Of a stretch of DNA of 64,000 bases, positions 46,800 through 57,234 are shown one piece after another (position 1 is the first letter of the stretch; each line of letters opens with the position of its first letter). The notes below the pieces were generated by a model. It saw only the letters and a list, made by a program, of their open reading frames with translations, made no database searches and was not told where the DNA came from. The DNA lies in the IMG/VR virus record IMGVR_UViG_3300044991_002272, one strand, 5' to 3'. Source of the stretch: a virus. The position numbers and the translations under genes were made by a program.

Positions 46800-46830
46800 A
46801 AAAGGGCAGGAATATTATTCCTGCCCTTTT
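46800..46830. terminator. Intrinsic terminator downstream of the BI-1 gene
   Basis: AAAAGGGCAGGAAT-ATT-ATTCCTGCCCTTTT. Confidence 0.8.
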
Positions 46831-46853
46831 TAAATCTCAAATTGTTGATACTG

Positions 46854-47540
46854 TTATTCTCGATCACCAATCAAGTTGAGGAGCAGCTGAAAGATGTTGA
46901 TGAAGTTCAAGTAGAGACTTAGTGCCCCATACAAACTGCTTTTGGCAGGACTGTCAAATCCAAACACTTCACCATTGCTGTAGTAATCATTCTTCAAGTT
47001 TTGTGTGTCGTAAGCCGTGAGCCCCACAAACACAATAACGCCAATAATGCTCACAACAAAGGTCAAGATTGAACTGGCTAGCCAAATGTTTACAACACTG
47101 GCTATCAATACTCCAATCAGGCCCACCATCAAGAAAGTACCCATGCTTGTGAGGTCACGGGAGGTAGCATAACCATACACGCTGGCAGCACCAAAAGTGG
47201 CACTGGTAATGAAAAACACAGTGGCAATACTAGTGCCAGTGAACTTGAGGAAAATTGTGCTCATGCTCAATCCCATGCTGACAGAAAATAGCCAAAACAG
47301 GAGATTGGCTGTGCTGTAGCTGAGTCGTTCAATACCAAAACTCAACACCAACACAAATGCCAAGGGCAAGAGCATAAGGCCAATGCCTGTCCATCCTGTC
47401 ATGAGAGCGGCAAAAAATTTAGATACCAGCCAAGCTGTAGCTCCTGTTACAACCAAGGCGGCTGTCATTCGATTGTAGATGCCCAGCATGAACGTTCGAA
47501 GTCCGGCGTCATAACTGGAGTCGGCAGCAAGTGTGTTCAT
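46854..47540 (-). CDS. yccA: Bax inhibitor-1/YccA family membrane protein
   Basis: YDAGLRTFMLGIYN.M, F.IT.ATFGA.S.YGY.T.RDL..MG.FL, TAYDTQ.LK, GALSLYLNFINIF. Confidence 0.92.
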   Translation of the reverse strand: MNTLAADSSYDAGLRTFMLGIYNRMTAALVVTGATAWLVSKFFAALMTGWTGIGLMLLPLAFVLVLSFGIERLSYSTANLLFWLFSVSMGLSMSTIFLKFTGTSIATVFFITSATFGAASVYGYATSRDLTSMGTFLMVGLIGVLIASVVNIWLASSILTFVVSIIGVIVFVGLTAYDTQNLKNDYYSNGEVFGFDSPAKSSLYGALSLYLNFINIFQLLLNLIGDRE

Positions 47541-47559
47541 TGTAATTCCTTTTAAAAGT

Positions 47560-47820
47560 GCAACCGCTTCTGTTCCAAGGAGGGTTGCCCTCCCGCTGAG
47601 ACTATGCGGCTATTAGACCGGTAGACTCAAATGCAACGTTGTTGTCGTTAGCATTTGTACGTTTAGAACTGTTCCCATCTCTGGGCGGCCATATCTCACC
47701 GAATGCCTCCTTCAACCCTTACTGCCTGCAATCGATCCTATTTCATCCCCGTTTGGTGGAGATGCGGAAGCACTGCCCTCCCGGTCTTGCATAGCCTATT
47801 TGATTGCTATCAACAGCATC
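47560..47820 (-). ncRNA. ssrA: Permuted (two-piece) tmRNA
   Basis: Acceptor piece ends GGGAG-GGCAGTG-CTTCC-G-CATCTCC-A-CCA (3' end 47754), then AAC, then coding piece GGGGATGAAATAGGATCGA (from 47750) with a G3:U70 pair. Tag ANDNNVAFESTGLIAA* at 47652-47602. Outer ends approximate. Confidence 0.92.
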
Positions 47821-47827
47821 ACTTCCT

Positions 47828-47855
47828 AGTATATCAGGTATTCTTCAGTTGTCAA
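47828..47855 (-). promoter_or_regulatory. Sigma70 promoter of ssrA
   Basis: TTGACA-16-TATACT. Confidence 0.75.
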
Positions 47856-47858
47856 CCA

Positions 47859-48698
47859 TTAGGTTGGTGGTGTGCCAAATTGTGCCACGGGTGACCCCTG
47901 TTGTGCTGCGGCAAGACAGGGATTCACTCCGGAAACACTGCGACTGAAGCCAGATGCAAATCCAGATGTTAATGCTGTTGTGATATTTTGTGTTTCGCGA
48001 GCTACTGCTCCTGTAACTTGGCTTATACCAGCGCCAATGGTGCCTAGCAAGCTGCTGACCCCACTTATGGCGCCAGTGAGTACTCCCACAGCACTCCTTA
48101 CAACTCCAGCAGCAGCTTGTACAACAGCAGAAATGCCACCCACAACTGCCCCAATCAAGCCAGAAATGGCAGAGGTTATAGCCCCAATTATGCGTGCAGG
48201 GATACTTACAAGAGCTCCTACAAATTGGCCTATAGCACTAGTAATAGATCCCAATGTGTCGTTGTATCGGCCTTGTATGGTTCCTATGTAATCACCAACA
48301 GTAGCACACCTACTGGGATCTTGTGCTCTACCTGGTTGAAAAAAGTCATTTATTGCCCGAAATATTCGCGTACCGTCATCCACAATCCTGTCTCTATGAC
48401 TTGCCAACAGTGTGCCAAAGCCGCCTATTTGGCCAACAGCTTGCAATGGTCCCAAGCTCTGTTGCACTGCCCTCTGAGCGTCAGGATCATTGGCTGCGGC
48501 TGCTTGTGCAGCTTGTATAGCATCATTTATAGCTACTACTTGAGGTTGATTAGCATCTTCGTTAATCTGTCTAACCAATCGATCATAGGCCGGATTGACT
48601 CGAGGTGGTGGTAGATCCTCAATTTGTATACTCGCTATTTCATTAGGGGTTGCTATGACATTGAAGGCCACATACCCGCCGTCTCGCTCACCAGCCAT
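47859..48698 (-). CDS. Hypothetical, probably virion-associated protein with an amphipathic Gly/Ala/Ser-rich region
   Basis: TAAATA at 48721-48726, AGGAG RBS, periodic small and hydrophobic residues. Confidence 0.65.
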   Translation of the reverse strand: MAGERDGGYVAFNVIATPNEIASIQIEDLPPPRVNPAYDRLVRQINEDANQPQVVAINDAIQAAQAAAANDPDAQRAVQQSLGPLQAVGQIGGFGTLLASHRDRIVDDGTRIFRAINDFFQPGRAQDPSRCATVGDYIGTIQGRYNDTLGSITSAIGQFVGALVSIPARIIGAITSAISGLIGAVVGGISAVVQAAAGVVRSAVGVLTGAISGVSSLLGTIGAGISQVTGAVARETQNITTALTSGFASGFSRSVSGVNPCLAAAQQGSPVAQFGTPPT

Positions 48699-48744
48699 AT
48701 TTGATGTTCTCCTTTTTGATTATTTAAAGGAGAAATCAGGGAGG

Positions 48745-49026
48745 TTATTGTGGAGATATGCTGCCAGCTTTGACTTTTGCCTCTAGATCGGTATAACCGC
48801 CAATATGCACGCTGTCGATCCAAATTTGAGGCACAGTTTTGGCACTTGGTAACTTGTGCAACAGCTCAGCCTTGGTAACATATTGTTGGTTTGATGCAGC
48901 AGGTGCTTCATCGTATCCAGGGCTGATGATAAATTCCTTGTAGGGAATATTCAAACTCTTGAGTAGGTCTTTGGCCCGGTCACAATAGGGGCAAAAATGT
49001 TTGCTCCAAATCTCTGCTTGCATCAT
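48745..49026 (-). CDS. Glutaredoxin
   Basis: CPYC active site, KTVPQIWID..HIGGYTDL. Confidence 0.92.
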   Translation of the reverse strand: MMQAEIWSKHFCPYCDRAKDLLKSLNIPYKEFIISPGYDEAPAASNQQYVTKAELLHKLPSAKTVPQIWIDSVHIGGYTDLEAKVKAGSISPQ

Positions 49027-49095
49027 AGGTTTCCTTTGGTATTTCTTGTAATATACCTGATCACCCAACGTCGTGTCAAAACGTTGGGTGTCTGA

Positions 49096-50232
49096 TTATA
49101 GAGTCATCCCGGAGAATGTCTTGTCTGTTACGTCCATCTTTGCATCTCCAATACGATAGCTTGACAGCTCAACTTCTTGTGGGCTCACTTGAACTTCTTT
49201 TCCGCTGATCCACTTTTGTGTCCACGGCAATGGATTGGGGCGCCGCCCAAAAGTGCTGGGAATACCAATGCTTTCCATACGAGTTCCTGCTATGTATTCA
49301 ACATAGTCCTTCAAAAGTGGTGCATTTAAACCAATCATGCTGCCGTCTTTGAACAAGTAGTCTGCCCATGCAATTTCCTGTGCCACTGCTGACTCAAATA
49401 GCTGTTGGCACTCTAGGGCCATTTCATCACGAATATCAGCAAACTCTGGATCGTCTTTTGGCAACAGTTTGATGAGAGTTTGTGTGCTGCCTAGATGTAG
49501 GTTTTCATCACGGCAAATCAGCTTGATGATTTTAGCATTGCCTTCCATCTTTTTAAGTTCGGCAAATGCAAAACTGCAAGCAAATGAAACATAAAAACGC
49601 ACACCTTCTAGTGCATTCACACTGTTCAGTGCCATCCAAATGCGCTTTTTCAGTTCTCGCTTGCTGATTGTGATTGTTTGCCCATTTACAATATGCACTC
49701 CTTCACCCAGCACATGGTATTGCATAGTGTAGTTGATGAGATTGTCATAGTGCTGAGTAATATCTCGTGCACAATCTGCAATCTCCTGAATGTTCATCAG
49801 CTCATCAAGAACCTTGCTGGGATCACTGTAGATGTTGCGGATGATGTGCGTGTAGCTTTTACTGTGGATAGTCTCACTGAATGCCCAAGTTTGGATCCAA
49901 ATTTCCAGTTCAGGCAGACTGCAAAGGGGCAGGAATGCTGTGTTGGGTGCTCGTCCCTGTACGCTGTCAAGCACAATTTGTCGTTTTAAATTTGCTGTGA
50001 AGATATGCTGCTCATGTGCAGTTAGCTTTCGAAAGTCGTTAGCATCCTTGTTAAGCTCGATCTCCTGGGGACGCCAAAAAAAGCTGAGTTGTTCTTCAGT
50101 CAAACGATCAAATACTCTGTATTTCATGCGATCATACCGCGCTACTGTAGTAGTACCGCTGTCATCCAAGAATGCAAGGGATTTCACATGATCTTTGTTG
50201 TTAGTGCTGCTGTCTAGTGTATGGTATGCCAC
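49096..50232 (-). CDS. nrdB: Class Ia ribonucleotide reductase beta subunit
   Basis: FFWRPQE, DSVQGR, FSETIHSKSYTHI, LEGVRFYVSF, RDENLH motifs. Confidence 0.95.
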   Translation of the reverse strand: MAYHTLDSSTNNKDHVKSLAFLDDSGTTTVARYDRMKYRVFDRLTEEQLSFFWRPQEIELNKDANDFRKLTAHEQHIFTANLKRQIVLDSVQGRAPNTAFLPLCSLPELEIWIQTWAFSETIHSKSYTHIIRNIYSDPSKVLDELMNIQEIADCARDITQHYDNLINYTMQYHVLGEGVHIVNGQTITISKRELKKRIWMALNSVNALEGVRFYVSFACSFAFAELKKMEGNAKIIKLICRDENLHLGSTQTLIKLLPKDDPEFADIRDEMALECQQLFESAVAQEIAWADYLFKDGSMIGLNAPLLKDYVEYIAGTRMESIGIPSTFGRRPNPLPWTQKWISGKEVQVSPQEVELSSYRIGDAKMDVTDKTFSGMTL

Positions 50233-50296
50233 GGTGTTCTTCTCTCAGTTTTTGACTATTATGTGCTAGGGGATACGTATAGCAAGAGCATGCACC

Positions 50297-52600
50297 TTAG
50301 ATGGTGCACGCCTCACAAGCTTCTTCTTCTTGATCTGCGTTGTCTGCTATCATTTGATCGCTGTCTACTTCTTGTTGGCCATCTAGTGTGTTAAAGTAGT
50401 AACCAGTTCGAATACCCAATTTATACATGAGAATCTGATGACGAAGCAGTTCACTCATAGGCAGTTGACGCTCAGGATAAAAGTTGGGGTTGTAGCTGGT
50501 GTTTAGACTGACACTTTGATCAATCCACTTGTTAATAATAGCACAAATTTTGATGTAGCCTTCTGGACTTTTCTGATCCCACAAGAGTTCGTAGCGATTT
50601 TTTAGGCGCCGAGACTCCGGGACCACTTGCTTCACCACAAAATCCTTGTTTTGTTTAATGCTGATCAAGTCTCGAGGAGGTTCAATACCATTGGTGGCGT
50701 TGCTGATTAGGCTGCTGGCCTCGCTGGGCATGCAGGCCATCAGTGTGGCATTGCGGATGCCATACTGTTGCAGGTCTTCACGCAGCTTGCTCCAAGGAAA
50801 CCGCTCTTGATGTGGCACCAATTGGTCTACGTCTGCTTTGCGTGTTTCGTGTGGGAACACGCCATCACTGTATTTGAGATCGGCAAAACCAGGGCATGCT
50901 CCCCTTTCTTTGGCCAAGTCAACACTGGCCCGAATCATATAGTAGCTCCATGCCTCGCAATATTCATCAATGGCAGAAAGAGCACTGTCATCGCTGTAGC
51001 GCAATCCCATTCGGGCCAACCAATAGGCCAAGTTGATGATGCCTACGCCCAAGTTGCGATACTGGCGGCAGTTGTTTTCGGCACCACGCACTGGATACAG
51101 CTGGTAGTCAAGAAGCGCATCTAGAGCTCGCACAGCCAAGCGGCACGGGCGTTCAAAATCCTTGGGTTCGCGGATACGTCCCCAGTTGATAGCACTGAGT
51201 GTGCAGAGGCTGATGCTGGGATCTTCGCTGTGAATATCCTGGAGAGGTGTGGTGGTCTGAAGTATTTCTAGGCAAAGATTGGATTGTCTAACTGGGGCAA
51301 CCTCTGGTTTGTAAGGACCATGCGAGTTCACGTGGTCTACGTTCATGAAGTAGATCCGGCCTGTGTTCTTCCGCTCATTCATGAACTGTGTAAAGAGGTC
51401 AATAGCCTTGATAGTTTTCTTCCGGATTGTGGGATCCTGCTCATACTGCTCGTACAATATTTTGAACTGATCTTGATCAGCAAAGAACGCTTCATACAGC
51501 CCAGGTACATCGCTGGGACTGAACAGTGTGAGATCGCCACCTTGAATCAATCGTTCGTAGGCCAGCTTGTTGAACTGAACACAATAGTCCAAATGACGAG
51601 CGCGATTTTTATCTGTACCTTTGTTGTTTTTCAGCACCACCATGTCCTCAAACTCAAAGTGCCAAAACTGGAAAAACACTGTAGCTGCCCCCCCTCTCAC
51701 ACCACCTTGACTACAACTGCGCACAGCTGACTCAAGATGTTTCACAAATGGCACTATTCCTGTATGAAATGCACGGCCGCCACGTACCGGGCTACCAACA
51801 CCTCGCACACGACCAATGTTAACACCGATTCCAGCCTTTTGGCTTATGTAACGGGTGATAGCATGTGGTACGGCACCTAAGACGCTGTCAATGGTGTCAT
51901 CAGCTTCAATCAAAACACAAGACGAGAATTGCTTGTCAGGAGTTCGCACACCAGCCATAATAGGCGTGGGCAAGCTGATGTCGTGCTGACTGATGGCATC
52001 GTAGTATTCTTTTACATACTTCATCCTTGCGTTAGCTGGGTAGCTGTGAAACAACGTAGCTGCAATCAGCATCAAAGACATTTGTGGAGTTTCGAAGATT
52101 TGCCCGGTGACACGGTTCTTCACCAAATACTTTCCCCGCCACTGTTCCATTGCAGCAAATGTGAGATCAAAATCACGCTCATGGTCAATGTAAGTATCCA
52201 AAACTTGGAATTCATCTGGGGTGTACCATTGTAGTAATTCATCAGTATAAAATCCCAGATTCACTACTTTTCGAACATGTTCCAGTAATAGCGGTGTTTC
52301 AAAATTCCCATATGCTTCTTTTCTGATATGATGATTTACCAATCGTGCAGCAACAAATTGATAGTTAGGAGTCTCCAATTCAATGAGATCAGCTGCTGCT
52401 TTGATTAGCGTCTCCTGAATATCTACAGTTTTCATTCCTGCATAAAACTGCAATTGACTCCGAATTTCCACCTCGCTGGCACTTACTCCACTGAGCCCCT
52501 CTGTGGCCCACATCACTTGTCGATGGATCTTATCAATATCAAGAGGTTCTTTGTGACCATCCCTTTTAACGACAAAAATGCTGTCGGACCTTACGCTCAT
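50297..52600 (-). CDS. nrdA: Class Ia ribonucleotide reductase alpha subunit with ATP cone
   Basis: VVKRDG ATP cone, PTPIMAG.RT..QFSSCVL, SQGGVRGGA, SNLCLEI, MPSE.SS, CEACTI tail. Confidence 0.96.
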   Translation of the reverse strand: MSVRSDSIFVVKRDGHKEPLDIDKIHRQVMWATEGLSGVSASEVEIRSQLQFYAGMKTVDIQETLIKAAADLIELETPNYQFVAARLVNHHIRKEAYGNFETPLLLEHVRKVVNLGFYTDELLQWYTPDEFQVLDTYIDHERDFDLTFAAMEQWRGKYLVKNRVTGQIFETPQMSLMLIAATLFHSYPANARMKYVKEYYDAISQHDISLPTPIMAGVRTPDKQFSSCVLIEADDTIDSVLGAVPHAITRYISQKAGIGVNIGRVRGVGSPVRGGRAFHTGIVPFVKHLESAVRSCSQGGVRGGAATVFFQFWHFEFEDMVVLKNNKGTDKNRARHLDYCVQFNKLAYERLIQGGDLTLFSPSDVPGLYEAFFADQDQFKILYEQYEQDPTIRKKTIKAIDLFTQFMNERKNTGRIYFMNVDHVNSHGPYKPEVAPVRQSNLCLEILQTTTPLQDIHSEDPSISLCTLSAINWGRIREPKDFERPCRLAVRALDALLDYQLYPVRGAENNCRQYRNLGVGIINLAYWLARMGLRYSDDSALSAIDEYCEAWSYYMIRASVDLAKERGACPGFADLKYSDGVFPHETRKADVDQLVPHQERFPWSKLREDLQQYGIRNATLMACMPSEASSLISNATNGIEPPRDLISIKQNKDFVVKQVVPESRRLKNRYELLWDQKSPEGYIKICAIINKWIDQSVSLNTSYNPNFYPERQLPMSELLRHQILMYKLGIRTGYYFNTLDGQQEVDSDQMIADNADQEEEACEACTI

Positions 52601-52709
52601 GGCATACCTTTCCAGTCTATTTCAAATTGTTTGCAAGATTATAAATGCTATTGTAAATGGCATCGTGGGCTATTTAAATCCATGACCACTGCCCAAACCC
52701 TATAAATTA

Positions 52710-53177
52710 CTATTTTTTTTCAGGACTAAATTGGCTTTGCCAATTGCGGCCATCAAATGCCCATCGAGAATGCACTTGGCAACTGCTGATTACAGAGGCA
52801 GGTAACTGGTCTAGCCAACCATAATTCAAGACCTGTCCATGTGTTTTGGCAACAATTTTTTGAACATGGTTCACTCGATCAGTTATCAATAACAGTGACA
52901 AGTCCTGAAAATGTTCAGGACTGCTCAAGATCAATGTGTAGGCTACACCAAGAGTCAAAGCGCCTTCACAAAATCGGTTGTTGTGTAGCAATTCCCATGG
53001 TGAGGGCCATTTTTGAGCATTGTCCCAGTCTATCAAAGGATTCTCGATAGGAGCTTGTTTCCAAAAAGTCAGAGCCATGTTTATTTTGGAAACTGGATCA
53101 GACTGCTGAGATACCTGTTCTCTGAGAAGTTTCCAAGATAAACGCCTACTATTGGGATCAAGAAGAAATGGATTCAT
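52710..53177 (-). CDS. Hypothetical protein
   Basis: 155-aa ORF (WPSPWELL..N.FC) overlapping the exonuclease stop. Confidence 0.7.
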   Translation of the reverse strand: MNPFLLDPNSRRLSWKLLREQVSQQSDPVSKINMALTFWKQAPIENPLIDWDNAQKWPSPWELLHNNRFCEGALTLGVAYTLILSSPEHFQDLSLLLITDRVNHVQKIVAKTHGQVLNYGWLDQLPASVISSCQVHSRWAFDGRNWQSQFSPEKK

Positions 53178-53871
53178 TGCTGATCAAAGAAGGCATTGGG
53201 TGTTTGTCATAATACATCATCAGCCGGTCTAACCAAAGTTTTTCATACTCTTCCAGTTGATGTGGCTCCAAAACAAATTCTTGATATGAAAGATCTCGGC
53301 TAACCATGAAAATTACACCCTGTTGGATATTGGTACCAAAGGTTTGATTGTGGGCCATAATGTAGGCAGTAAGTTGCAGAAAGTAGTCTTGCACATGGTC
53401 AAGTTTTTTGGGCTTGTTGGTGGTTTTGAAATCCATTATAGCTTCCTGCCCTTTGTAGACACCTACCAAATCTGTAGTCCCAGCCCAAAGCTGTTCATAC
53501 CGTAGAGGTACTTCAATACCCCAAACTTCTGATACGTTTGACAGTCCTTGATCAATAATCACATCTGCCATCTGTTTGGCCATAACTCGACCAACATTTG
53601 TGCCACCTGGACGCTCTTCCTGTTTGATCCAACACTCAAGATGACTATGCATCATACTGCCCAACCCAGTACTCTCTTTTGTGATTTGGTCAGCCGCAGC
53701 ATCGCCTATTCGTTTCCGCCACTCCAGCAAATGAGTCATATCCTTGCTTTTGCTTAAGATTGTTGTTACTGAAGGCACTTTGTGGCCATCTGGGGTTAGA
53801 TAGTGTCTCGTTCCATTATCTTCACTTCTCTTACTGAGACCATAATCAAAAAGGGATGCAACTGGGATCAT
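53158..53871 (-). CDS. PD-(D/E)xK exonuclease
   Basis: PSVTTIL, G..MH..LE, E..L...WAGTTDLV....IMDFKT, YFLQL.AY..A. Confidence 0.88.
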   Translation of the reverse strand: MIPVASLFDYGLSKRSEDNGTRHYLTPDGHKVPSVTTILSKSKDMTHLLEWRKRIGDAAADQITKESTGLGSMMHSHLECWIKQEERPGGTNVGRVMAKQMADVIIDQGLSNVSEVWGIEVPLRYEQLWAGTTDLVGVYKGQEAIMDFKTTNKPKKLDHVQDYFLQLTAYIMAHNQTFGTNIQQGVIFMVSRDLSYQEFVLEPHQLEEYEKLWLDRLMMYYDKHPMPSLISNESISS

Positions 53872-53898
53872 AACTGTGACTTTATACGATGCAATGCT

Positions 53899-54396
53899 CT
53901 ATTGCAATGTCCTGCTGTATTTCTGTTCCAATTGAACTTTCTTCAGTAAGTTAAGATCTTGAAAGCTACCAAAACTATGAAACACACTGCTAGCTAAAAT
54001 TTGTTCTCTGCTTATTTGTAATCTTAACCAATTGTGATTTATGAATATTTTCTCTTGATCTTTTAAGAAATAACTGTTGGGCTGTACTTCAATACTGCTA
54101 GTAGGCGTTACAGCTACAAAAATTGTAGAGCCTTGATATTGCCAAATTTCTTTCGAGATAGTGGATATTGGAACAGATGACTGGGACATTTTGTCAGCCA
54201 AAAGCTCTGCGGTATGTTGGCTTTTGTCTTTCTGACCAAACTCAGCAATGAACATCATGGCCTTCTTTACATCTGGCTTGACGTTCATTTTTTGGATGTC
54301 ATGCGGACAAAGAGTTTCAGCATCTTTCAACAGTTGCTGAATCTGAGGGTCCTTGCTCTTTTTCAAGAAAAAGTAAGGATTACGGTCGCTTCTCAT
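53899..54396 (-). CDS. Hypothetical protein
   Basis: ATG next to the stop of the upstream structural gene. Confidence 0.6.
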   Translation of the reverse strand: MRSDRNPYFFLKKSKDPQIQQLLKDAETLCPHDIQKMNVKPDVKKAMMFIAEFGQKDKSQHTAELLADKMSQSSVPISTISKEIWQYQGSTIFVAVTPTSSIEVQPNSYFLKDQEKIFINHNWLRLQISREQILASSVFHSFGSFQDLNLLKKVQLEQKYSRTLQ

Positions 54397-54399
54397 CAG

Positions 54400-56871
54400 T
54401 TACCACTTAACGTTCCAGCTAATTGTATCACCTGTTGACGTGTTAGTGTATCTATTGATAGTGTACCCCAAATCTGTGAAGTATTTGATAACAGCGTTCA
54501 TTTGATCTGCCATAGGACGCACTAGTAATTCACTACTGGGACTTTGATTTTTCCATACTTTGTAATAGTCTCGGCTGGCTTCATATTGTATTAAACTAAA
54601 ATTGCCAGTGCCGCTTCCTAGAGAGGCAACAGCCACAGCAAGGATACCTGTGGAGATATCCGGTGCACTTATGGTTACAGATGGTATAGTCTGATACTCA
54701 TCTCCACTTTCCAAGACTTGAATCAGCTCAATGCTAAAACTTCTATTTGTGTTGCTGGTGGGGGCCACAGGAGTGCCTATTTGGCCGGCACCAAAACCCA
54801 AAAGTAATAAAGGGTCACTAACATAATTGGTGCCACCATTTATAATATCTACACTCAAAATACCTGTAGGTGTCATGCGTGCTACTGCTGTTGCAGCTCC
54901 TGCAACTATTACTGAAGGCACATGTGTATATCCAGTGCCATTGGCAATTACACTTATGCTCTGTAATGTAGTGGGTATAATATTAGCGGTTCCCACAGCA
55001 TTACCTGCAATTGTTACGCTAGGTGCACTTGTATATCCAGACCCAGGATCAATTACTGTAATGGTGTCAATAACATCACCAATAAGATCAGCAATTGCCA
55101 ATGCCCCTGTGCCACCGCCACCGCTTATAGTGACTTCCGGCGCTGTCACGTAACCTGAACCTGGATCGTCCACAGTAATGGTGTTTACCCCAGTTGGTGT
55201 CAACTGTGCCTGCGCTGTTGCACCACTTCCGCCACTTATGGTTGCTATAGGAACACTAGTGTAGTTGGCACCATTGTCTGTAATTATTATTTGGGAAACT
55301 GCACCCACAGAGATTGTGGCATATCCGGCTGCGCCGGCACCACCACCGCTTGTGAACACAACTAAGGGGCTAGTAATATAACCACTTCCACCACTAGCTA
55401 ACGTTACTGATTTCACGCCCATAGTCAATGTCCAGCTTGCACCTATACCATTGCCACCCACAAAATTGTTACTTTGTAATTGTGGCAAGGCTGTGTATAT
55501 GCCTGGGTTGACTATATTCCACGTTAAAATTCTTCCTTGGCTGTCAGTAGTGAGCACTTGTATTTGTGTGCTTGCCAATCCAATCCCGCCACTTGCTAGG
55601 AGTTGATCTCCTTGCGTATAGCCAACACCTGCATTTACTAGGAAAGCACCCACAGTCAACATGCTTATGCTGAACACTGTGGCACCACTACCAAGAGCCT
55701 GTATAGACACATTTGGAACGCTCGTATATGTTGCACCACCATTGTTGGTTATGGCAACTGTAGCAACAGTTGTTGGTACCAATCTTACAGATGCAGTGGC
55801 TCCGCTACCAGCAAGGGCTTGTACAGTGGGTTGGCCAGTAAACCCAGCTCCTGGATTTGTTATTACAACATTTACTACAGCGCCGCCAGAAATTAGAGTC
55901 GTAGCTGTGGCATTTGTTCCACCACCTCCGCCTATTGATACCAAGGGAGGATTCACATACTGTATGCCTCCGTTGGAAATGCTGATGCTAGATATGCCCA
56001 TGCTGAGTGTGAATTGGCAACCAGAGCCTGTGCCACTTGAGCTTGTAATAGCACCACTCAATGTTGGTAGTACACTGTAATTACCAGCGTTAGTAACGGA
56101 AATAGATGTTACTGCACCACCATTAACACCTGTTGCTTTGGCAATAAATGCTGTGCCTGTCCCGCCTATTACATAAATGAGATCATTTAAATTATAGCCA
56201 CTGCCCCCAAATAAGACTGTTACACTTACAACTTTAAATGTGCAAGGACCTAGGACAGCGCCGGTGCCCACAGTGAAAAAACTGGCATTTGGAATATCAG
56301 TGTAACCAGAGCCACTTGTGAGCAAACTCACTATGGCTACAGGACCTGAAGATTGTAAGACGGCTTGTGCAGTAGCGGGAATAGTGGGTTGACCCCCAAC
56401 AAAACCAATTGTGGGCGGACTCAAGTATCCACTACCAGTATTGGATACTGCAACTGTTGTTACCCCTTGACCAAAATCTATGGAAATTGGCTGACCACTA
56501 GCTGCATTGGCTTTGCTAGTTGCCAGTTTTATAGTGTCTGGGTTTATGTAAATCACGTAATAATATTTTGTAGACAACAGTGGCGGGGGTAACTCACCAG
56601 TGCTGCTCACTACCACAACATCACCGGTACGAAATGGATGCGAGGTGATTGTTAGAGTATCTGTTACTGGATCAACAGTGAAGGGGATTACAGGGTCAGG
56701 ACTGCTTTCTGTTATCAAAGTATTGTCAGTAACGTCGACTTCGTAATCACCTCGCTGCACAGCAAAAAGTATTTCACGTTCAATACCTGTTATTTCACTA
56801 TGAACTGCAATGTCTTTGACAATATTGTTTCTTGCTTCAACAGCAGTAATAAACCAACTAGTTGTAACCAT
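54400..56871 (-). CDS. Large virion structural protein with Gly-rich repeats (baseplate/fibre-like)
   Basis: Many V..I.V...GSGY...P.V.I.GGGG.GA.A.A units between conserved non-repeat termini. Confidence 0.8.
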   Translation of the reverse strand: MVTTSWFITAVEARNNIVKDIAVHSEITGIEREILFAVQRGDYEVDVTDNTLITESSPDPVIPFTVDPVTDTLTITSHPFRTGDVVVVSSTGELPPPLLSTKYYYVIYINPDTIKLATSKANAASGQPISIDFGQGVTTVAVSNTGSGYLSPPTIGFVGGQPTIPATAQAVLQSSGPVAIVSLLTSGSGYTDIPNASFFTVGTGAVLGPCTFKVVSVTVLFGGSGYNLNDLIYVIGGTGTAFIAKATGVNGGAVTSISVTNAGNYSVLPTLSGAITSSSGTGSGCQFTLSMGISSISISNGGIQYVNPPLVSIGGGGGTNATATTLISGGAVVNVVITNPGAGFTGQPTVQALAGSGATASVRLVPTTVATVAITNNGGATYTSVPNVSIQALGSGATVFSISMLTVGAFLVNAGVGYTQGDQLLASGGIGLASTQIQVLTTDSQGRILTWNIVNPGIYTALPQLQSNNFVGGNGIGASWTLTMGVKSVTLASGGSGYITSPLVVFTSGGGAGAAGYATISVGAVSQIIITDNGANYTSVPIATISGGSGATAQAQLTPTGVNTITVDDPGSGYVTAPEVTISGGGGTGALAIADLIGDVIDTITVIDPGSGYTSAPSVTIAGNAVGTANIIPTTLQSISVIANGTGYTHVPSVIVAGAATAVARMTPTGILSVDIINGGTNYVSDPLLLLGFGAGQIGTPVAPTSNTNRSFSIELIQVLESGDEYQTIPSVTISAPDISTGILAVAVASLGSGTGNFSLIQYEASRDYYKVWKNQSPSSELLVRPMADQMNAVIKYFTDLGYTINRYTNTSTGDTISWNVKW

Positions 56872-57203
56872 TAGTCTTTTCTCCTCTGCAAAGCTTTTTT
56901 GGCCATTTTCTCTACAGTTTTTTGATCCTCTTGATCATCTTTGGCTTCAGGCTCTGGATCGTCTGTTTCCACGTCAAGGGAGATTTCTTTTTCGTCAACA
57001 TCTTTGACAATACCTATGTTCCTAGCATTGTCTTGAATCCATTTCTTGGTAACCCAAAATCCAGAACCTTCAAGGCTTTGACGTATTTGTTTCAAACTCA
57101 CACTAGGAACTTGATTGGCATGTAATGTAGTTAACAACAACGCAAGTTGCTCGCGGATGTTATCAACATTGTTGGCTTCATTTAAAAATTCATGTGCTCT
57201 CAT
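56871..57203 (-). CDS. Hypothetical late protein
   Basis: MRAHEFLNE...; TAAATA at 57210-57215. Confidence 0.7.
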   Translation of the reverse strand: MRAHEFLNEANNVDNIREQLALLLTTLHANQVPSVSLKQIRQSLEGSGFWVTKKWIQDNARNIGIVKDVDEKEISLDVETDDPEPEAKDDQEDQKTVEKMAKKALQRRKD

Positions 57204-57234
57204 AATCAGTATTTAACAATGAGGGACGGAGATG

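Noticed and set aside
43446-52600. Introns or inteins in the topoisomerase and nrd genes
   Set aside because: The ORFs are continuous and of ordinary length, with no homing-endonuclease or intein motifs seen.
54400-56871. Gly-rich repeats as a novel repeat system
   Set aside because: These are degenerate protein-level repeats typical of large-phage baseplate/fibre proteins, with no DNA-level identity.
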